Shown piece after piece: positions 51,401-60,400 of a stretch of DNA of 64,000 nucleotides (positions are counted from its first letter, which is position 1; the number at the start of each line of letters is the position of its first letter). A program made the position numbers and the translations under genes. This stretch comes from Laetmonice hystrix (taxonomy: Eukaryota), in the NCBI GenBank assembly GCA_965235115.1, contig OZ249447.1, forward strand, positions 24,056,001-24,120,000, written 5' to 3'. A model generated the notes under the pieces. That model ran no database searches and had not been told where the DNA came from. It saw only the letters and a program-made list of their open reading frames with translations.

Positions 51401-54400
51401 AGTATCTGCAAAATTGTGAAATTCAGCAAATCGACCCTAAAGTTTAACCCTCAGCCATATTAAATTTCACATTTTTGCGGTACTGCAGTCTCTCTTGGGA
51501 GGGCAAGATAGCACTATAAATATACTATAAATATACTATCAGTTCTTAATCTTAATATTCATGATCACCAAATGTTGTCTGTAAAGTGACCACTGATCAA
51601 GGGCCCCCAATCGGCGGGTTGATAGCCCGTGTCGTGATTAACCCCGGTAATTGTTGGTCTCAGATCAGCATCTTCTACATGATTACACTGCTCTAAAACG
51701 TCAAAAACAATTAAACACCGCTTTGTCTTTGTGCTTTTCTGTCGGCTTATTGCCTGCTGGCGCAACTAGAATGCTGCCAAATGGTTTAAAGACAAAAAAG
51801 GTCATTTTTACTTCTTTGATTTTAAAGGGGAAACATTCTGGTGATTAGTTTAAAAACTTGAAGAATTCAATTACTGGTGAATATTCTTTTTCCTGTGCGT
51901 GTGTTGTGCCCCGGTGTGCCCTGGAACTCTGCCAAAAACTACGGGAGTGACACTTCTCCTCACCAGATTAATCCTCCATACCAATTTCGCGTTCACTATT
52001 TTTTTTCTAATTTGATTCACTTTCATTAAAGTGAAAGCTTGTTGATTTCCTATCGAATATGTATACTCCAAGTTAAGATTTATCATGACCATGATAATTA
52101 ATTGGACTGTTTTGCTACGGTTGAGGTCGACCGAAAATATAATGCCTGGAAGAAGAATGAAATGAATGTGATAATTAAAGGAGTCTGGGGACAGTCAATG
52201 ACTTCAGAGTCGCGGCACATAAAAATAACAGCCAAAAGATCAGCTGTTGGTCACTATATCTGTGGACCAAGGGGCCACCTTAATCACCCTACCCCCGTAT
52301 ACCCTCACCCTTGACCCACCAGGCCACCCCATTATGGGATTTTCATACCTCAGTTAGGCCCAACCCGCTCTTGTGAGGTGCTCTATATCTCTTTATTGTT
52401 TCCTGCGGCTCTAAGCCATTGACCTGCTCGCGGTCTCCCCGCCAGATCCATTGCCTCTGGGGTCTGAGCTGTTATTGTTGCTTTTGGCAATTCAGCTGTG
52501 GAACTAATGGCAGGCAGGCCTCTGGCAAGCTTCAAGAGCAATCAGCAGCTTAAGATATGCGCCCAGTCTCAGAGGGGGGTTGCTCCCAGAGGAAGAGTCG
52601 AAAATGGATGTAGTCTCATCCCCCAGCGGCTTGCCGTTGTTGGCCTTCACGTCCGTCGGTTCTAACATATGTCCTGGCTGAATAATACATCAACTTACAC
52701 ACAGATGGATTGCTTCGTTGCAGCGACGGTCAAGGGATCTCTAGGTTAGACAGTGTGTTATATCACACACCATATTGTGATCACCCACTGTGCACTGTGT
52801 GAATTACATCAAACAATTTCCAACCACATGCCCGTAAGATTACACTAGGACTACACAATAATAGCCGTTTCTGGAGGAATGCGATCCCAAACGGTACATA
52901 CGTACATTAATGTAAAGGATGACTGTCAAATGTTCCAGACACAATCACTATCTGTATCTTGATGAAGCATTTATCGCTATATTTGCCACATTCAACTATT
53001 CTATGCTGTAAGCCCTCTTAGCTTGCACTGTTCATGTTGTAGAAGCTGACTGAGTAAACATTGCAAAGCTGACACGAATGTATTGACAGTTAAATGGATC
53101 CCAGTTCAGAGAACCGTCTCATATGGAAGCAGACTTTAACTGTGAGAAACCACACAAATATTACGATTTTGTGTCATGTTTCACTCATCTGCGTATGCTT
53201 CGACAAATCCGCGGCACCCTTCCCATATTCATTTCAAATAGGAAAAATTACGACTTTTAAAATATTGAAAGATTTTGACGGAAAAAAATAATGTTAGCTC
53301 TAGATTCCGGCGAGTGTAGTATTTGTATGTCGACATTTAGCGGCACAATGGTTATGACTTCCTGATAACACCTCCGCACCACAACCGTATTAACAGGAAA
53401 CGGTCCAGACACAATGACAGATTGGAAAATCTCAAAGAGTGGCTCCCGGATTCTATATACATGTTAAACGATCCTGATATACTTTGCATCAATAATTTTT
53501 TGATCTAATGTCAACTCTTGCCAGAGAAATCTTATCTCTCCATGCCATGGTACATCAGTATTATTATTAGCAAGTCGCTGCCACGTTGGCGGGAAAGGAT
53601 CGTTTTGTTCCTCAGCCTCTCACCTAAAACCTCTGCAAGAACCTGCGCGGGGAAGAAGTCAAACTATGACGTTCAGATAATGATGACATGAGCAAATATA
53701 CGTGGACATAGAATGCGGCCCACATCCTCAGTGTCCTGCCTACGAAATCAGATTACTCTCCGACAGAACTTCCCAGGCCTGTGGACAGAGGAACCAGTCA
53801 GAAAATGCGCACAGGGCCTCCAGCTAAGAATCACAGGCGGCCAGGCCATATCCACTCAGTACTCCACCAAGACTTTGGAACGTTTGATTTTGAGGTGGGG
53901 GGGGGGGGGGTGGCTGCCAATTGTGACCAAACCAGCTACACATGAAAAGGCGCCTCCGAGGTTGAGTCCTCTGTGGTAGAACTGAAGTGGGCACTCAAAA
54001 AAGACAAGCCATCTCAAGAGGACACCGAGGGCTAATTTAATTTCTTCAGTCAACGAGGTTGGCGGTCAAAGTGTGGCCGTGGAAGCTCCGTCTGTTATGA
54101 TCCGAGTATGCCGCAGGCCACTCACAGAGTACCCTACCACTCCCGGCTAGGGTGGCCTACATGCATAATGTATCGGCCTCCCGGATATTTTTTTACCTGT
54201 TAATGGGTAATTAAATTGGTTGACATTTATCTACAATCAATTAAATCAATCAATTAAATACCTATCACAAGTCCAATGCTCTGTCTTCCTTGCCTACTAT
54301 TGCAAATATAGGACTAGTGGATTGATTCCTCTACTTGGAATAGACCAGCATTTTTACCAGGTATGGCCAATGACCATGAATAATGCTATTCTGATGTGTC

Positions 54401-57400
54401 CACTGATCTGAATACTTCCTTTTCTGTTCTGGAATAGTATCCTCTGGCCCAATAACTATACATGATGGGAGTCCTCAGTTAGTCTCGAGCTTGGCTTAAA
54501 TTATTTAGTTCATTTTGTTGAGGGTATATCGTCTAACGTTGAGGGGAGGGGGACACCAATCTTCCCAAGCGACAGGCTGCACCGTTGATTGTGTGAATAA
54601 AACAAAACACGGCCAGGACCCGCTGCATGTAAATACTCCTTACAGAATACAAGCAATTCTGTTGACTTTGCAGTTCCCAAAAAGTGCGTGTATTTGCATC
54701 GCCACTTGGTGAACATGTCTGACATGACTTCTCCAACATGTAAATTTTCTTTTATACATAGATTTCTAATTGGACATGACAGGTCCCCGTGTGAAAAGCA
54801 ATTCTCCATGGGACGGCAATATTCTACAGGATGTCATTATGGACTACGCCTCTGTATCCTCACACTCGACAAACACCTGAATATTTCATCGTGTCCCTCT
54901 GTAATAATGCGCACCCAAATGACCGATGGACACTCCGGCAATGGGATATTGTATTTGCATGTATTTGCCGAGGTGGGGGCGTTGTCTGCAGGCCTATTTG
55001 AAGTCACCAGTTGATGGCGACCCTCGCGGTTGACTGTGTGACAACGGTAGCCTGGCATGATAATGGCCTGAACGCAACCAACACCAGGTTTGAGGCTAAC
55101 GTACGGCAACACCTCCGAATGGTGGTGCTCTCTGTCAATGGGTGGTCATCTGTACAAAGACGCAGCGCTTACCCAGAGGAAGCGCAAATCACACCTCACC
55201 AGCTTTAACATTAGAATGCAATACAAATGTTACCTATCCGGTACACACCAATGGAATCAATCCAAAAGTCGAGCAGTATTAGTCGTGCCAGTACCTGCGA
55301 TCGCTAATTAAATCATGACGTACTACTTATAACAAAAAATATAGCGATGGATAATTCCATGTGTACTCCCTCTGACGCCATCTAAAAACTAACACCGCTT
55401 CCTTGAAATGATAATGCCCTTACTTTTTTCTATGCTTTCCCTACCTACTCATTCAATATAAGGACACATGTTTGTCTTCTTATACTGTCGGCTCATGGCG
55501 TTAAAGCTGAAAATAGCACCGCTAGGACGAACTTCATAGAGAACTCCGACTGGAGCTGTCGATGAACGTGTCAACTGTTAACCTTGGTACAAACAGCTTG
55601 TGGCAGGCTGCACTGGGCGACCTTAAGATCATCAAATGTCGGGTTGAGCTGACAGGATGCTTGACGCAAGACTTGTATTGACCCACACAAGGACATATAA
55701 ACCATAACAGAATGATAAGACATTGTCGCTTACTTAGAAGTACTAACAAAATACATCTCTGGACTGAAGAAACGACTGTCTTATTGACACCTCTCTGTTA
55801 AATTGTAATTCTTCAATAAAACCAATATGAATATATCCTTCATGAATATTCGCTGAATACAACGTGTGTGACGCGTTAAATGCCGGTTTCTCCTTCCGAC
55901 GACGGATTCCGTAATATTTCAAACGAAGCATGTTTGTAGAATGATTTAGGCTCACTGTACGTGACAATATAAATTCCATGCTCAGCTAAATAGCAAGACT
56001 TGGGTAAGAAACCCGACCTTGATGGCTTTGCTTTGGTCCATTCTGAAAGGATTAATTAATACGGCCCTGTAACGAACTTAATGCCCTTCAATGTTGAGGT
56101 AAAATCCTGCCTACTGGCTTTACAACTTTGTCAAGTGTGGTGCATGCCTTCATGAGAAGGCCAATCAAAGCACGGCTGCTGCAGGGGTTGCTGGATTCGC
56201 AACTGCTATGGATTCTTTGCATGTACGCCTCATCGTCCAATACCTGGTAAATTTATCATGTAGTCATTGACTATACGCTGGTTATAAGTAACGAATCAGA
56301 CGATACATTTGCGTGTGGAAGTACCGCTATCATGTAAGAGAGATAGAGGAATATGACCTCGGTTCTCCTGCATCTGACGTAGTGAGGAAGTGCAGCGAGG
56401 AAGAAATCTTTAGATTCTCATATGACACGTCAAATTCAGGAAGGTAAAGATGTTGGGCAGTTTGAGAAAGAATATCTTCAAAGCGATCTGACACCAGTGA
56501 GTGTTTTCTGTGATCTAGATAATTGATCTAATTTATGTATTTTAATGCAACCTCTAAGGCACCCAGTAGGTCGTGGGGTACGCTGTTCGGGTGGCGAAGG
56601 CTAAATGCACGTGTGGCCTGTGATACACAGGTGTGAAGGTGCCTGACTCCTGGAGCGCTAAGAGGCTGTTGACATTTTGCAGTGTCTACTGAATTACTGC
56701 TGCTGCTGTCCGGTAGGGCGACTGAGCTGACTTGGCAGCAGCGCGGCAGCTGGCAGCACCTTGGCAACATGCTGTCACCGATTGTCCATGTCCAGGAAAG
56801 CCTGGCCATATTTACGGTTACCAACAGTCCCACCCCAGGCCAATACGGATGTGTCAGAAGGAAGGCATTAGAAAAATTAACACTGGTCGCACAGGGGCAC
56901 GGCATGCCATTGACAGCTGCGCCGACTCCGCCCCCAGAAATTAGCACTGAGACAAGTGCCGTCAGGAATAACATAAGTAATCCCTCCGACTCGCCGGTCA
57001 CATGCTCTGAGTGGCAGGCGCGCATTTAGCAAAACAGAGAGGGCCATGTCGGGTGAATTCTGGTTGAGAATAAGAGAAAGAATGGCTAAAAAGGAGGGCC
57101 AAGGCCCCCTGGATCCTCCCTAACCCCCTTTGACAAGAAGGTTTGCACACACTTGTTAAAGGGTGATGATAACAACACTAACTTCACGAGGCTGTTTTCA
57201 TGTAAATGCCTGTATCCGGTGTGAACGACTAGGGCCCCACATTGTCCACGCAAGCACCCTAATTATCCAGAACATCTTCACAGCTAGGTGCAACCAACCA
57301 CACTCACCCGACCTCAACCCCCCTCCCTGATTTCTATCTGTAAAAAAAGAAATCAGGGAACTATCCCAAGAGAGAAGTGTGTCCGCGTAGTTGACAATTT

Positions 57401-60400
57401 CGCGCTCCCGCGGCATTCAGCAGTAGGTCATAAAAGCAGACCATTTGAACTGCAGAACCCAAACTTTCAGGACTGTATCGTTATCAACTCAGCTTAACAT
57501 GAATGAAAAACAAGCAAATCTCTTATCAGTTGTGGAAACGACAAACACTTTGATGGGTTGCATTAATTTTTGGTCACCCTGTAATAAAAGTTCCCCCTCC
57601 GTAGTAAAAGTGTTGGGCAGGAGTGAGGTCCTGCGTCACAGTTAACATGCGAATTGGTGATGACGCTATTTCAGTTTCGGATATTGGTTTGGCAATCTTT
57701 TTCTGATTAAAAGGATTATGCTAAAATGTGCAATTTGTTAGTTAACTTCTCAATGAATGGAAGACACGGTGGTACTAACAACATGAGAATTTCTATTCTA
57801 CCGACAAATTACATCCTACGTTTTTCTTAAATAGATCAAATTACATCATAACAACGTAATATACAAACCTACAAACCTACTAAAGAATGAAAACACTCCA
57901 TGTAATCCGATTTCAAGAATACTGCCTCAAATTTTAGTTTCTGGAAGGGGGCAAGGTCACAGGAGGCTGTAGTGTTGGGCGCTTCTGTCTATACTGTAAT
58001 AATATGGACCTTTCTTAAAGATAGCCGTCTATCGGTCTAATTAAACAGGAACTCTCAACTGAATCATCGCTGCGTGCCTATCTCGTTTTTATTTTGTCAG
58101 TTTCATGTCACAAGTTAATTCATCTCAATTGCTGACTGGAAATACTATCTGAATTACATTCTTAAGCTTCTTACCAGCCTTGGTGACATGAGCCAATATT
58201 AAATATTAAATGCCGAGTACCTCATAATTTCAATATTAACGTTTAACTATTTTTTTGTCTATTGTACGTTTATATCTATTGTAAATTGTAAGTTATTTTA
58301 TATTCCGTGAATGTTCCTTTATCTAAAAGCAGTTATTACTTACCTATACTTGAACAGACAGCATGCAAAATAATCACTTGGTATACAATACTAAAAAACC
58401 TGGTTCGGTCCCACTGATTATCCCATCCCCCCCCCCCCCCCCCCAAAGGGGGAAATGGGATTTTGAAATCACTTGGTTTCGTCTACACTATTCTTCTTCT
58501 TCTTCTGATTATTCCGGTAGTTAGACTTTTGCTGTATCTCGGTTATCTATGAAGATATCGTCATGAAACTTGCAGGGAACATTGATCATCCACTAAAATG
58601 ATCAGCTATTGACTGATTACGTCACATGACGTCACGTCAATGATTTATGACGTGTTAAAGTTGCTCAAATGAGGGTTCATTTCTTGAATTTCTCGAAAAG
58701 TAGGAGCAATCTCCATGATAGTTCCTAATTAGGCACTTAAGCATTAATCGTCATGCACCTGAATTTGACCTCTTACCTTTGACCTTTGTGAGATCTAGGT
58801 CAAAGATGTTAAACAACTTAAATTGCATCTCCTCCCCCAATATTTTGCAATATGTAGCCAAAGTGTGCCTGAAGAGTCTCATAAGGTGGCTCTTTATTGG
58901 AACGATTTGAAGTCAGGAATTTGACCTATATTAAGAGTCACGTGACTTTGAAATTTGGCACTTTTGGCACTTTTTGCTAAAATTGCTTCAACGAGATAGG
59001 AATCATATATTTGGTCACTGGATGTGTGCTCCTATTAAAGATTGGTCACTTTGCATAACTTTTTGCATAAATTTACCAATATTTTCTTATTTATGATGAA
59101 ATATGTAATCTGACGTAGACAGGCTCTATCTTCAAACGTGTGTATGATAGCCATCTACAAATATAACAGTTACAAAGTGTATAGAGTCAGGTATACCGCT
59201 GATCGTTTAGTTCTTTTGTCAGAAAGGTAATATGGTCAGAATTGTAAGTTTTAATGGGTATGTTTCCACAATAATATTTTTACCCTCTCACGGTTAGCAT
59301 CTCTGAATACACATAGCGCCTGCTGTGAGCCGGCCGCCTCTCCCAGCCCCGTGTTGGCAGGGTTACGTAACTGCTGCTGATAAGGTCGGGGTGTGAAGGT
59401 GCGTTGACGGACGCTTGCTGGGAACAGACTTAATTGAATAGCTGGGCCTTTGTATTTATAACTGTGGGTGTAACTGTATAAAATATCATATTCTTGAACC
59501 TTATATTGGAAGATTATATTATATTCTTGAATCTTATATTGGAGGAGAGTGGAATAGAGGATTAGGCCTATATTAACCGGTCTTCTTGAAGTTACAAGAG
59601 AACTCTTGGCCAGCTCTGCCCTTGGTTGAGTGAGCCAGCAGGTTGGTGTGGATGGTTCCACAGTTGGCTGAATCACAGGACAGTGAAATTGAAGTAGAGA
59701 AAAATGTAGGTAATGATAGAAAACCATTGGGGAAATGGGATCCTACCTGTATTGCTTGGCAATCAGAGTTTCTAGTTTCAAATTGTCAACACTCTGTTGA
59801 TGGCGACTGATATTCACGTGGTCGACTAAGCAGTAGAAATGAAGTAAATCAGACCTTCTAATTAAAGGCAAAATACTTGTACATATTAAATGTATCACCT
59901 CCCCTCGCCCCCCCCCCCCAAAAAAAAAAAAAAATCTTATTTTACCTCATCAACATTTTTCCTAATCGTTGGGTCACCTTAGACCACGCCTAAGGACGAT
60001 CGTCAATGGCAGGGTCCGGATTTTAATAAAAGGTTAACATTTTAAATTCAGTTCTGCTGTGGGCATTCTGATTGGATGGTGACACCTAATCCCGGGGGCA
60101 ACATGAATAATCGGGTCAATGTATCAGTAATCAGTTTTCTACCTGGAAGCAGCCACTTTCTCCTTTAAACAGTTTATCTTCCTCATGCATCACAATTCTG
60201 GATTATCTTAGAAACTATGCGAATCGAGACGCGTCCATTTAACCTTAGCAGCTCTCAGCACCGCACTCATGTCTCGGAGATGCTCACGTAGTTGAAAAGG
60301 TCATATACAATACAAATCAGCCAAACAAAAGGTGTCAGGTTGCCAGAACTATTTGCTGTCTATGGCACACACGATTACCCACAAGTGGAACAGGAGCCTC

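Noticed and set aside
54760-54809. CFSHG suggesting a Helitron Pif1 helicase motif (CFSHGQLYVA)
   Set aside because: The following residues and the upstream QGQ motif are absent; surrounding motifs fit an APE endonuclease better.
56528-57029. Overlapping 165-aa and 115-aa ORFs in a GC-rich patch
   Set aside because: No recognisable domain or splice-compatible structure; probably TE-derived or chance.
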